Virus record (IMG/VR): IMGVR_UViG_2639762883_000003
Direction: 5' to 3' (one strand)
Source of the DNA: an uncultured virus (IMG/VR IMGVR_UViG_2639762883_000003)
Taxonomy: Duplodnaviria > Heunggongvirae > Uroviricota > Caudoviricetes
Length of the DNA stretch: 20,000 nt
Below, one piece after another: positions 9,401-18,230 of the stretch. The position numbers were made by a program, and so were the translations under genes. The notes under the pieces are model-generated. The model ran no database searches. It saw nothing but the letters and a program-made list of their open reading frames with translations, and was not told where the DNA came from. How positions within the stretch are numbered: position 1 is the first letter of the stretch; each line of letters starts with the position of its first letter.

Positions 9401-10957
9401 GCTGTTCAGACCAAACGCTGGGATGGTTTAACGCTTAAAGAGAAACAGGCGATGATTAAGTCTAAAGGTGGCGATGATCTAGCCGGGTTAATCGAAAAGG
9501 GCAAACAATGGGGCAAGTTTACCCCAGCCGAAAAGAAGGCCATCATTACTTCCAAAGGCGGACCAGAACTCTTAGGCGTCATGACTAAGGCTCAAACTTG
9601 GAATAAGTTAACGATGGCTGAGAAGCGGGCAGTCTTAAAGGACAACGCGTCGCCAGCCATGAAGCAAGCTACGGTTGGTATTAAAGATTGGAACAATTTA
9701 ACGCCACAAATGAAGACGGTCATGGCCAAAGCTAAGGGTGCCGAAGATGTGGCTAAAGGCGTTAGGAATGTCAAAGACTGGAACAGCTTACCCACGTCTG
9801 AAAAGAAATTAATTGCAAACGACAAGGGCGCTACGAGAATTATTAAGAAGGTAACTGGTAATTATAAGGCTTATCAGAATTTACCAAAAAACGCTACTAA
9901 GAATTTATTTGCTAAGGACAATGCTAGCAAGAATGCTGGTAAAGCTAAAATTTCAGTTGATAGGTTTGGCCGAGTTAAGGTAACTGGTAAGGTACTTAAG
10001 GCTACTGATAAGGCGTCTGGTCCTGCCAAGAGCGGTAAAAAGGGACTAGATAAATTTAATTCAACCAAAATGCAGACCAAAACTGCAAAAGGTAAGGATT
10101 CGGCCTCAGGTTCAATGAACGGTGCACGTAAATCGGCAATGAAATATAACGGCGTTAATATGGCACTCAAAACTGCTCGTGGACATGACGCTGCATCTAG
10201 TCCAATTAACGGTGCTCACCGGTCGCTTGATCGATATAACGGGGTAGGTATGCGCGGAAAAACCGCTCGCGGATATGATTCGGCAAGCGGTGCTATGGGA
10301 CGCGCTAAAGGTTCGTTAGGTCGCTACAACGGAACCGGTATGCGAGACAAGACTGCTCGTGGTCACGATGGCGCTTCTGGTCCAATCAGTAGCGCAATCC
10401 GTACTCTAAGCCACTGGAATGCAATGGGGAACGTGACTCACTTCATTACAACTGTTTTTCGTAAAATTACTCGGCACGCAACAGGTACAACAGGTACCGA
10501 TGGTAATCCAATCATTGTTAATGACGAAGAAAGTTCAGTATTCCGTGAAGCTGTCAAGTATCCCGGGCATCCAGCGTTTATTCCACACGGACGTAATGTC
10601 TATCTGAATGCACCAAAAGGAACGCAAGTTATCCCGGCTGGCTTAACTGCTAAGATGTTTGGTGTTTCACAGTATGCGGGTGGTACTATTCCGGCTAACT
10701 CATCAATCATACAAGCTTCGAAAGCAATCAACGACTCAATTGGCGGAGATAATACCACAATCAACTATAACTTGGGTGGTAGCGACAGTACACAAGCAAT
10801 CGTAGCAGGCCTGGAAGCAATCTTGGATAAGCTTGATGACCAACAACCAACATTTGAAGTGCACAACGATATGATTGGTGAAAAGCTGCGGACTTTGATT
10901 AAACAAAAGGATTCACGGGAACACAATTTAAATCGATTCTTCTCACAAGGAGGTTAG
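6413..10957 (+). CDS. Tail tape measure protein
   Basis: 1514 aa, Ala/Gly/Lys-rich; TP901-type core (YVGPVA, GIEGQKAGTNLRGML); central hydrophobic segments; SD GGAGG. Confidence 0.95.
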   Translation: MADEVLGRMVIELGLDHAAFGKGLTGAKREVKYAMAEMKSSMAVLGQSGRRFDVLSAKSKGLSQVMMSQQRVVEKLGKAYKDSLVDGKPTAQTAKLATQLQNANAKLASLQTQYKNNAAAMAKARVEQTGFTGGLNKVSKAAVATGTSMKNIGSTMTRKVSAPIAAGLAIATKSAITFDSQIKSMGPLLTNGGAVTAKYRSQLDQLGDASKKMSMKYGVSTTEINNGMAELIRRGYTTNQVLGSMPSILDATMASGEDMGTVMNATASIVEQFGLKTNSTAGTMKNTQRVTDSLTYAANATAAGFGDMSDAMSYVGPVASSLGLSVEQTAAAVGELSNQGIEGQKAGTNLRGMLTSLIKPTKQNTEGFKSMGISSKQLAHDSHDLPQLIDDITHGTKGWSNAERGKALAQAFGRENQAAANALVKAGSKSLRDLTKDTENAGGATKKVAEQMSNTSANNVKKLIASLKVLGIEIGEKLIPKLTPLVKKATDMVQGFSKMDDATQNTIIKFALLAAAGGPVLSMLGNIIGGFGIFGGGIVKVISATAQWHAKNQAAKESLAMLKGATDATSGGFKAFKGSVDTVNGSASTAKSTFGLLKGAFTTAEAGAGVLGTSLSVTGAAVTGVGLAAVAGVAYWQLYGKEAAASAARTRQWGSDVGEQADSALTKFKGFSTSAGTSLTDFETASQTSTKKVAKDFSDMYTEMEKDSKDTIQQMQKDMKGLPDSVQDDLKKDIADRKKHNATVLADAKENYNNAEAILKNHNGKMSGLSDTERTALLNSQRKMNSDEISLLKIGGSAKKNVLAALNGDIGNMTRKQRDTTINQLTSSMQKENKLYNDQSQQIKSMYDKGEISASQYGKAMTDLQATHKSTTDGMAAAIYKLDKANGTSKAQITQDLLNVGYTYKQAAAIVKRQNDDMSKSTSLVVAETGNMSKKSKAAADTWNSLVFDSKTGKVKTNAQAEVNKAAKSKDKWNQMKLLVKQGKMSSNAAAMVGVAAVQTKRWDGLTLKEKQAMIKSKGGDDLAGLIEKGKQWGKFTPAEKKAIITSKGGPELLGVMTKAQTWNKLTMAEKRAVLKDNASPAMKQATVGIKDWNNLTPQMKTVMAKAKGAEDVAKGVRNVKDWNSLPTSEKKLIANDKGATRIIKKVTGNYKAYQNLPKNATKNLFAKDNASKNAGKAKISVDRFGRVKVTGKVLKATDKASGPAKSGKKGLDKFNSTKMQTKTAKGKDSASGSMNGARKSAMKYNGVNMALKTARGHDAASSPINGAHRSLDRYNGVGMRGKTARGYDSASGAMGRAKGSLGRYNGTGMRDKTARGHDGASGPISSAIRTLSHWNAMGNVTHFITTVFRKITRHATGTTGTDGNPIIVNDEESSVFREAVKYPGHPAFIPHGRNVYLNAPKGTQVIPAGLTAKMFGVSQYAGGTIPANSSIIQASKAINDSIGGDNTTINYNLGGSDSTQAIVAGLEAILDKLDDQQPTFEVHNDMIGEKLRTLIKQKDSREHNLNRFFSQGG
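9239..10417 (+). repeat. 13 tandem ~30-aa (90-bp) degenerate repeats in the tape measure
   Basis: Aromatic residue (W/Y/F) every 30-31 aa from WNSLV (9239) to WNAMG (10415); 1176 nt = 13x30+2 codons. Confidence 0.85.
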
Positions 10958-10960
10958 CAA

Positions 10961-11782
10961 ATGGATGCTTTAATTACAAACTTAAATGGAACTGAACATA
11001 AGTTGAGTGACTTCGGCTTCCAAGTGCTCAACTTCGAAGAATCGGCGCCAACAATCACCAGAACTACTAAGAGTTTTGATGGGCGCGCCGGTTCATTAGA
11101 TTATGGGGGCCGGCATGTCGTTAAGAGGATTACAATCAATGGTTTGTATTGGGTTAAAAGCCTGGAACAAGCGGATGACGTGCGAGATAAAGTTAACACG
11201 GCTTTATCACAAACGGACCCCGTTTATTTAACGCGCGTTTACGGCGGTCGAAACTTGTATGACGTGCGTGAGAGTGGCAAAGACTTTGTGATGCCAGCAC
11301 AAACTGTTGATAAGAAACGGTTTAAAGTGTATCGAACAGATACCAACCTACCATCAATTATCGAACGGACTGGTAAGGGTGTTTACTACACCTGGTCACT
11401 GGAATTTGAGACAGTCGAATTGCCATATGGTGAGAGTAAGCCACGGTCGCAAACGTTAGTTAGTGGCCAATCAATAACTTATAACGGTACAGTAGCTTGT
11501 TCACAGCTAGAACAGGCTTTTTATTTTGTCGTGACGGCTAAGGTGGCGTCTGCTGGTGGGTTTACGTTGACAGTCGATGGTCAATCATTGATAGTTACTA
11601 GCCCAGTAGTTGCTGGTGACGTTTATACGTTATCGGGCATGAATAATACTCGTGGCAATCAGAACATTAATGATAAAACCAATGCGGGGTATTTTATCCT
11701 GCATCCCGGTGCAGCTAACAAGATAGTATGTTCAATCAGTGCGGACATTCAGATCAAGAATTTGTGTGATTTATATATTTAG
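10961..11782 (+). CDS. Distal tail protein (Dit)
   Basis: 273 aa; GRAGSLDYG, FETVELPYGES, YNGT and YFILHPGAANKI; follows the tape measure. Confidence 0.85.
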   Translation: MDALITNLNGTEHKLSDFGFQVLNFEESAPTITRTTKSFDGRAGSLDYGGRHVVKRITINGLYWVKSLEQADDVRDKVNTALSQTDPVYLTRVYGGRNLYDVRESGKDFVMPAQTVDKKRFKVYRTDTNLPSIIERTGKGVYYTWSLEFETVELPYGESKPRSQTLVSGQSITYNGTVACSQLEQAFYFVVTAKVASAGGFTLTVDGQSLIVTSPVVAGDVYTLSGMNNTRGNQNINDKTNAGYFILHPGAANKIVCSISADIQIKNLCDLYI

Positions 11783-11801
11783 GAAGGTGAGGTGAAAATT
11801 A

Positions 11802-14800
11802 TTGATTAAGTTTTATGATTCAGGTGGAACGGTTCATTTCGGCCAAGCAACCATCACGAGAAAGACTAGCGTCAACGGCGGGTTGTCGTTAACTGGTGAA
11901 GTTTTTGCCGGTGATGATGTATTGAACGGTTTAGACTACGGTTGGTGGTTGAATTTCGATAATGAAAAGTACGTTATTACGTATAAAAAGTTAAGTGATG
12001 ATACCAATACCATCGTTTTCGATGCAGTGCAACAGTTTTTTTGGGATTTTGCCAAAGTAGTATTGCATTCACAATACACGGGTAGCCATGAGTATTCATT
12101 TTATTTAGGACAACTCTTTGATAAATCCGGGTATACCTACAAGAATGACGTTGCCGTGCCAGCATTTGAAAAAGAAAATTGGGGTTATAAAAATAAGCTA
12201 GACTTATTTAACGACATTATTGATCAGGCTGATGTTGAATTTGAAGTGCACAATGAGACAGTTCACATTGCTAAGCAAATTGGTAGCGACCTAACCAGTT
12301 TCGTTCGCAAAGGAATTAATCTTAGTGATCTCACAGAAGAAATGAAAATATCAGACTTTGCGACGTATGCTAGGGGCTATGGTGCTTTCAAAGATGATCA
12401 AGATCAAAGTAAAGGTCGATTAGAAGTTGAGTATCGCAGTGAGTTAGCCAAGCAGTTTGGTGACTTAGAAATGGATCCGATTGTCGATAAGCGATACACA
12501 ATCGCAGATAACTTGATTGCCGCCTTAAAAAAGCGGGTTGATGCGACATATACCGTGTCAATGACTATGAACATCTATGACTTAGAAAACGCTGGTTATC
12601 CGAACTATGAAGCGCCTAAAGTCGGAGATTGGATTCTAGCGATTGATGAAGCATTAAATTTCAAGCGTAAAATCAGAATTATTCAACTTGAAGAACAATT
12701 TGACGTGACTGGTAAGCATATCGGGTACACGGCCACTTGTGGTGATTTGAATATCGTGGATCAGTACACACATCTACAAATTAGTTTGGATAATAAGGTA
12801 CAACAGATTCAAGAGGCCGTTGACGCTGCAGCGATAAGTGCAAATGGTAAGAATACGAATTACTATGGTGCAAAAGAACCCGTGAGTGCCAATGAAGGTG
12901 ACTTATGGTTTGACCAAAGTAATAGTGATCCGGACAAATGGTCTATCAAACAATGGGTAAACGGTCGTTGGGAACAGATTACGTTAAACCCTGGCGAGGT
13001 AGACGCCAAAGTTAACGTTGCTAAGCAAGAAGCTGAAACTGCGGTCGAAAATGCTAAAAGTGCATCAGATAAAACTGATCAGCTTGCGGCCAAGTATGAT
13101 GATACGAATTCACTGGCTAGTCAAGCAATGGGTAAAGCTGTAAGTGCCCAAGGTGATGCTAGTTCCGCAGTTGCCACAGCAAATTCTACAGCTGCGGAGT
13201 TCGGTAAAGTTGACCAAAAAGCTGATAATGCTGTAGCTAGTGCACTGAATGCTCAAAGTGGCGCTAGTGATGCAGTTAAACAGGCTTCTTCTGCTGCCGC
13301 TGATTCTAAAGATGCCAAGCAAATTGCCGGAGCGGTTAGTCAGAGTTATAAGACTTTAACTGACGGTTCAACTATGACTATCGCCGAGTTAGAGAGTGGC
13401 CTAGCTGTCAAACTGACTAAGACTGATCTCAATGGATATGCCACTCAAACCTGGACTCAAAATCAGATTAAGGTCACTGCAGATGGCATTAACGGAACCA
13501 TGTCCAGTATCAAGAGTACTGTTGATGGGCAGACTACCAGTATTAATGACTTAAAAGCTGACTCAAGTTCTTTTAATAGCCAGTTTACAACGGTTAACAA
13601 TACTCTCGGCAAGCAAACTACGGACATTGGAAGTCTGCAAGCCGCATCTAAAGAATTGACTACCGGGTTTAATACGTTGACAAGTGATAATACGACTAAT
13701 AAGAACGACATTAGTCAACTTAAGCAGACTTCCAGAGAACTCAGCAGCACCATGAAGACTGTTCAGACACAGGTTCAAGATAGTGCGGTTGGGACCAACC
13801 TGCTGATAGGGACGACTTCGTCAGAAAAGTCATACACAGGTGACTTTTCAACTGTCCCCAGTTGGGGCGACCATTACGTATCACAAGTTGCTGTTAACGC
13901 CGGGAGCACCTACACCTACTCAATATATTTAACAAAATTAGCGGGTTCTTTTGTTTTGGGATATTGGGGGTATGACAGCAATGAAAAATATGCTAGATGG
14001 GTTCCTAGTGGTGCTAATTCTTCATTGGGTAAAGTTTCATGGACGTTCAAAGTTCCTAGTGGCGTATCTTATGTGGTTCCGCATGTTGTACATGCTTCTG
14101 ATGATTTCGCTTGTACAGCAAAAGAAGAAAAACTTGAACTTGGTTCTCATGCAACTGATTGGTGCCTTAATCCGACAGAAACTGCTACGGTTACTGCGGT
14201 CTCCAAGCTTTCTCAGACTGTTGACGGTATGAAACTTGATATTTCCAAGAAAATTGAGCAGAAGGATCTCAACGGATACGCTACTAAAGCGTGGGCACAA
14301 AATCAGATTAATGCCACTGCTGATGGAATTAACGCAACATTATCAAGTGTCAAAAAGACTGTTAACGGGCATAATACTAGTATTAATGACTTAAAGGCTG
14401 ATTCTAATTCATTTAAGGCTCAGTTTACAACAGTCAATGGTACTCTCAGCACGCAATCTACTGATATTAGTACTTTGCAAGCAACAAGCAAGTCTTTGAG
14501 TGCTAGCTTTGATTCACTAAGTTCTGACAATCAAACAAACCAGCATAGCATTAGTCAATTGCAAGCGAGTGCTACGGAATTTAATAACACTTTAGCAACT
14601 GTTCAGCAACAGGTTACTGATAGTGCAGTGGGCGTTAATCTACTACGTAACGCACGTACTTTAGACGGTTGGAAAGTTTGGGCTGGAGCTGGAGCTGGAA
14701 AAGGTTTCAATATTGAGGATAAATTTTCAGATAGTGGCCAGTATAGAATGGCTCATATTTTTAATAATGTTGATGGTCAAAATTCTGACGGTCCTTATTG

Positions 14801-16688
14801 GCCTGGCGTAAATCTATTTCTAAATGCTGGACAAGTTTACACGATTAGTATATGGGCTCATAGTCTAGGCACCTCTGAACAGCCTGTTTCCTGGACATTG
14901 TGGCTTAATTGGGATAAGGACCATACGTATCAAGGTGTGTCCATAACTCGCACGACAAGCCCTTATTGGAGGCACTACTCAGCTACTTTTACGGCAACTG
15001 TTGGTGGACAAGTTAATAATGTCCGAATAATTCCGTACTTCGGAACTGGAGCGGCGGCTAACGTCGGCGGGTCTGTTTATTTACTAAAGCCTAAACTAGA
15101 ACGAGGAAGTAGAGCTACTGACTTTTCAGTAAATCCTGCTGACAACGCAACCGTTGACGCAGTTTCTAGCATCTCTCAAACTGTGGCTTCCATTCAAACA
15201 ACTGTATGTGGAAAAGTAGATAATCACACTTACCAGTCAAAGATGACACAATTAGATAACCAGATAACTTCTGTTGTCGGGCAAGTTAATACTCTTGGGC
15301 AGCGGAATCTGATTGCTAATTCACAATTCCAGTACGACAAATTTGATGGCTCAACATGGACCTCAGATAAAGCTTCTAATTGGTATTCGTCTGATTATGC
15401 ATGGTCTTGGTGGAATGGCTACCAAGGAATATGCTGTAACATCCCAATATCCAATCCGGTTAACACCAATCTATGGAATAGTATAGTTTCAAAGAAGATC
15501 TATGTTCCAGATACTAAATCTGTGTATTCAGGCAGTGCGATATTCAATGTCGATAAGATTGGTGCTAGTACTCAGTTGGTTTTAGATTGGTATGACAAAT
15601 CGATGAAACGCATTGGATATGCCCCTAAACGTGTAACCGTCTTGCATAAGCAAACATTGGTCAAGATAGAGAACCAAACTCCGCCAGCAGGAACAGCTTA
15701 TGTTGCTCTTCACGTTGATGTCCATGGTGGGGGTCACTTAGCTGTGATAGCCCCTATGCTTGTTAACGCAGCTAGTGTTGGTTCGTTTGTTCCTGATAAT
15801 GCTAGCTGGACAGAGTTTCAGCAAACGGCGTCAGATATTGATCTTAAGGTTTCTAAAAACGGGGTCATTAATGCCATTAATATCTCCAAAGAAGGAACCC
15901 AGATATACGGTAATAAATTGCACATTACTGCTGCTACCTATATTGATAATGCAACCATCAAAGACGCCATGATTGCTAACTTAAGTGCTAACAAGCTAAC
16001 CGCTGGCTCTATTAACGCTGCTAAGATCAATGTGTATAACCTTAATGGCTCAAATATCGTTGCTCACTCCATTACTGCTGATAAATTGATAGCAGGGTCG
16101 ATGCTTATTGCGATGAACTCAACCTTGCAGACACTTAAGATTGGTACTGATGGATTGTACACTACGGATAGAAGCGGTAAGGCTATTGGTAAAATTCACA
16201 CTAACAATTCGGTTCAACATCCCAACGACTGGGGCCTGGACTTTGACCTTAACTCTGATGGTAAGTTCATGTCCTGGGGTGCCCAAAATGAAGGTGATCC
16301 GAATGGTAACTATGGTATAAAATTTGGCTGGACCCGTAATAGTTCAGCCCGTGACTTTGGTATGCCATGGGGTGGATTCTGGTTCAATGACAATGTTATG
16401 TTACACAAAAATTTAAGATTTGACGGTGGTGGCATCGACGTTAAAGATGCATACCAACTAATGAAGTTTGCATGGATTGGTATGAATGGAATCAAATACC
16501 CATTCTTTGGGTCAAGCAATCTAAAAGCTGGATGGTTATTCGGAAGCCACGAAACCTATTTAGTTAGAAATGGTGGCATTATTAATGCCTCTAAGGTGCT
16601 AGGAGCACTTAATGGTCAAAAATTAATCGTCCCTACAAAAATACGTTCAAACGGCACCATTGCAGTTTATACAACTTATCATTTATAA
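11802..16688 (+). CDS. Tail tip protein: Tal/hub N-terminal domain, coiled coils, three putative carbohydrate-binding modules, gp58-like C-terminal region (host specificity)
   Basis: TTG start after AGGTGAGGTGA; N-terminal Tal-like region (TYARGYG, PKVGD); EGDLWF motif; three NL[L/I]-initiated Trp-rich domains; INISKEG...IANLSANKLTAG. Confidence 0.85.
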   Translation: MIKFYDSGGTVHFGQATITRKTSVNGGLSLTGEVFAGDDVLNGLDYGWWLNFDNEKYVITYKKLSDDTNTIVFDAVQQFFWDFAKVVLHSQYTGSHEYSFYLGQLFDKSGYTYKNDVAVPAFEKENWGYKNKLDLFNDIIDQADVEFEVHNETVHIAKQIGSDLTSFVRKGINLSDLTEEMKISDFATYARGYGAFKDDQDQSKGRLEVEYRSELAKQFGDLEMDPIVDKRYTIADNLIAALKKRVDATYTVSMTMNIYDLENAGYPNYEAPKVGDWILAIDEALNFKRKIRIIQLEEQFDVTGKHIGYTATCGDLNIVDQYTHLQISLDNKVQQIQEAVDAAAISANGKNTNYYGAKEPVSANEGDLWFDQSNSDPDKWSIKQWVNGRWEQITLNPGEVDAKVNVAKQEAETAVENAKSASDKTDQLAAKYDDTNSLASQAMGKAVSAQGDASSAVATANSTAAEFGKVDQKADNAVASALNAQSGASDAVKQASSAAADSKDAKQIAGAVSQSYKTLTDGSTMTIAELESGLAVKLTKTDLNGYATQTWTQNQIKVTADGINGTMSSIKSTVDGQTTSINDLKADSSSFNSQFTTVNNTLGKQTTDIGSLQAASKELTTGFNTLTSDNTTNKNDISQLKQTSRELSSTMKTVQTQVQDSAVGTNLLIGTTSSEKSYTGDFSTVPSWGDHYVSQVAVNAGSTYTYSIYLTKLAGSFVLGYWGYDSNEKYARWVPSGANSSLGKVSWTFKVPSGVSYVVPHVVHASDDFACTAKEEKLELGSHATDWCLNPTETATVTAVSKLSQTVDGMKLDISKKIEQKDLNGYATKAWAQNQINATADGINATLSSVKKTVNGHNTSINDLKADSNSFKAQFTTVNGTLSTQSTDISTLQATSKSLSASFDSLSSDNQTNQHSISQLQASATEFNNTLATVQQQVTDSAVGVNLLRNARTLDGWKVWAGAGAGKGFNIEDKFSDSGQYRMAHIFNNVDGQNSDGPYWPGVNLFLNAGQVYTISIWAHSLGTSEQPVSWTLWLNWDKDHTYQGVSITRTTSPYWRHYSATFTATVGGQVNNVRIIPYFGTGAAANVGGSVYLLKPKLERGSRATDFSVNPADNATVDAVSSISQTVASIQTTVCGKVDNHTYQSKMTQLDNQITSVVGQVNTLGQRNLIANSQFQYDKFDGSTWTSDKASNWYSSDYAWSWWNGYQGICCNIPISNPVNTNLWNSIVSKKIYVPDTKSVYSGSAIFNVDKIGASTQLVLDWYDKSMKRIGYAPKRVTVLHKQTLVKIENQTPPAGTAYVALHVDVHGGGHLAVIAPMLVNAASVGSFVPDNASWTEFQQTASDIDLKVSKNGVINAINISKEGTQIYGNKLHITAATYIDNATIKDAMIANLSANKLTAGSINAAKINVYNLNGSNIVAHSITADKLIAGSMLIAMNSTLQTLKIGTDGLYTTDRSGKAIGKIHTNNSVQHPNDWGLDFDLNSDGKFMSWGAQNEGDPNGNYGIKFGWTRNSSARDFGMPWGGFWFNDNVMLHKNLRFDGGGIDVKDAYQLMKFAWIGMNGIKYPFFGSSNLKAGWLFGSHETYLVRNGGIINASKVLGALNGQKLIVPTKIRSNGTIAVYTTYHL
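13425..14645 (+). repeat. Diverged direct repeat, 13425-13805 vs 14265-14645 (offset 840 bp)
   Basis: DLNGYAT...SINDLKADS...QFTTVN...ISQL...DSAVGxNLL occurs twice; GATCTC at 13425/14265 and GATAGTGC at 13779/14619 share the same offset. Confidence 0.9.
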
Positions 16689-16705
16689 AGAAGGAGTAAT
16701 TTATT

Positions 16706-17197
16706 ATGAAAACAACTATTAGTTTTAAGAATCGTGAACTTGCAGGCATTGCTAACACACTGGGGCAATTCAAATTAAAAGGTAAGGCAAGCTTAGGACG
16801 TAGTGCTCTTATTCGTAAACTTGCCAGTAAGCAAGAAGAATACGTTGCTGATCGAGTAGAAATTCAGCAAAAATACTTTGAAGCTGATAAAGAGGGTAAT
16901 TTAAAGACACTAGACGATGGTAGTGAAAAATTAATTCCAAAACCAGAACTAGCTGACGAAAAGGATCCTTCGAAACTTGGAAAAGGTCCTGAGGCTGATC
17001 TTAACTCTGAAATGAACGAGTTATCAGACGACCTTGCAAATATTGATTTCAGTGAGTACTCTGCTCGATTCAAAGGACTGAAGGCGTCATTGGACGACTA
17101 TCCTTATGAACTGGATAAGGAAGATGCGATTGTGTACGAGCGAGTTTATGACCAATTAGAACAGGCGTTTGCAAAAGATTCTAAGGAGGAACAATAA
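16706..17197 (+). CDS. Conserved phage protein, DUF1617-like
   Basis: 163 aa, acidic/helical; FKNREL...LKGKASLGRSALIRKL; SD AAGGAG; family call from memory, not from a search. Confidence 0.6.
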   Translation: MKTTISFKNRELAGIANTLGQFKLKGKASLGRSALIRKLASKQEEYVADRVEIQQKYFEADKEGNLKTLDDGSEKLIPKPELADEKDPSKLGKGPEADLNSEMNELSDDLANIDFSEYSARFKGLKASLDDYPYELDKEDAIVYERVYDQLEQAFAKDSKEEQ

Positions 17198-17198
17198 T

Positions 17199-17645
17199 AT
17201 GCAAATTATTAATCAAAGTATCCAATATCAAATGGAAACATCAACCGGAAATACTGACAGCGTGGTAGTTGGCCTTCATGGTAAGACCGACAAACTAGAA
17301 TTTAGCGCAAATTTGACAATTGTGGCTGATGATTTAGAAGCTGGAACAACGTTTGATGACCTTTCCAAGAAACAACTATCCGCTTTAGCTATTAAGAAGT
17401 TACCAAAATTGATGCCAACTTTAGCCTACTCAAACTACCAGTTCTTTGTCCAGAACGATACGCCGGTTCGTCTGACCGCATATTCAGACCTAAGTAGCAA
17501 CGGTAGCTATATTTCATTAAGCTCAACTTTCGACCAGTCTGATTTCAAAGATAAACCTATCGGATCAATCGGTTATGAAGATGTAAAATCTGCAGTTAAA
17601 ACTATTATTACTCAAGAATTTCCGACATCATCAACGAAAGCGTGA
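17199..17645 (+). CDS. Hypothetical phage protein (possible two-fold internal repeat)
   Basis: ATG at 17199 after AAGGAGG; 148 aa. Confidence 0.7.
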   Translation: MQIINQSIQYQMETSTGNTDSVVVGLHGKTDKLEFSANLTIVADDLEAGTTFDDLSKKQLSALAIKKLPKLMPTLAYSNYQFFVQNDTPVRLTAYSDLSSNGSYISLSSTFDQSDFKDKPIGSIGYEDVKSAVKTIITQEFPTSSTKA

Positions 17646-17649
17646 TGTT

Positions 17650-18033
17650 ATGCTAAAACATTTAGCAAAAAATAGATTTTGGTTCTGGAAAGCGATGGAA
17701 ACATATGGCTTAGGAATTTACTTTATTATTAAGCATAATACCTTTGCATTTGAGCCACCACAGCCAACGTTGCTTGATGTGTTGGATGATCCACCTATGA
17801 TTTTTATGCTGGCGGTGGTTGGAACGCTCGCTCTGGTGTATTCTTTGTGGAACTTGCGTACACATTATTACAAGCCATTAATGACTGGATCACTTACTTT
17901 TGTCTGGTTATTTTTCATGATAGCGTTTAGCGTTCATGATTTTGAAATGCAACGTTATGTAAGTTTTGAAAGTATGTATGCCATGTTTGTTTTAGGATCA
18001 ACCATTTTTGAAATTGTAATTGGGGATGATTAG
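17650..18033 (+). CDS. Multi-pass membrane protein of the lysis region
   Basis: 127 aa with about four hydrophobic segments; upstream of holin and lysin. Confidence 0.7.
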   Translation: MLKHLAKNRFWFWKAMETYGLGIYFIIKHNTFAFEPPQPTLLDVLDDPPMIFMLAVVGTLALVYSLWNLRTHYYKPLMTGSLTFVWLFFMIAFSVHDFEMQRYVSFESMYAMFVLGSTIFEIVIGDD

Positions 18034-18035
18034 GG

Positions 18036-18230
18036 GTGAGCGATGCTGTTATCGTGGCCTTAATTACCACAGCGGGTTCAATTTTCGTTGCGGTCTTAAC
18101 GATGTGGAACAGTAACAAGGCCGCTAGCAGCGATTCTGAAACCAAGTTAAAAAAGGAAAATGAGGCTTTAAAAAGGGAAAACAATGAGAAGCAAGAAATA
18201 ATTGACTATTATAGAAAGCGTGATAAATAA
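18036..18230 (+). CDS. Small single-TM plus coiled-coil protein (putative lysis accessory)
   Basis: GTG start after GGGGATGA; N-terminal hydrophobic helix and charged heptad C-terminus; TAATG overlap with holin. Confidence 0.7.
   Translation: MSDAVIVALITTAGSIFVAVLTMWNSNKAASSDSETKLKKENEALKRENNEKQEIIDYYRKRDK

Noticed and set aside
13425..14645. Diversity-generating retroelement TR/VR pair or invertase shufflon
   Set aside because: Both copies are in-frame coding, differences are not adenine-specific, repeats are direct, and no reverse transcriptase or invertase is in the window
3010..18184. Numerous short minus-strand and nested alternative-frame ORFs in the ORF track
   Set aside because: They shadow well-supported phage genes and have no recognisable motifs; 3456-3641(-) and 5765-6097(-) are antisense to the capsid extension and the chaperone
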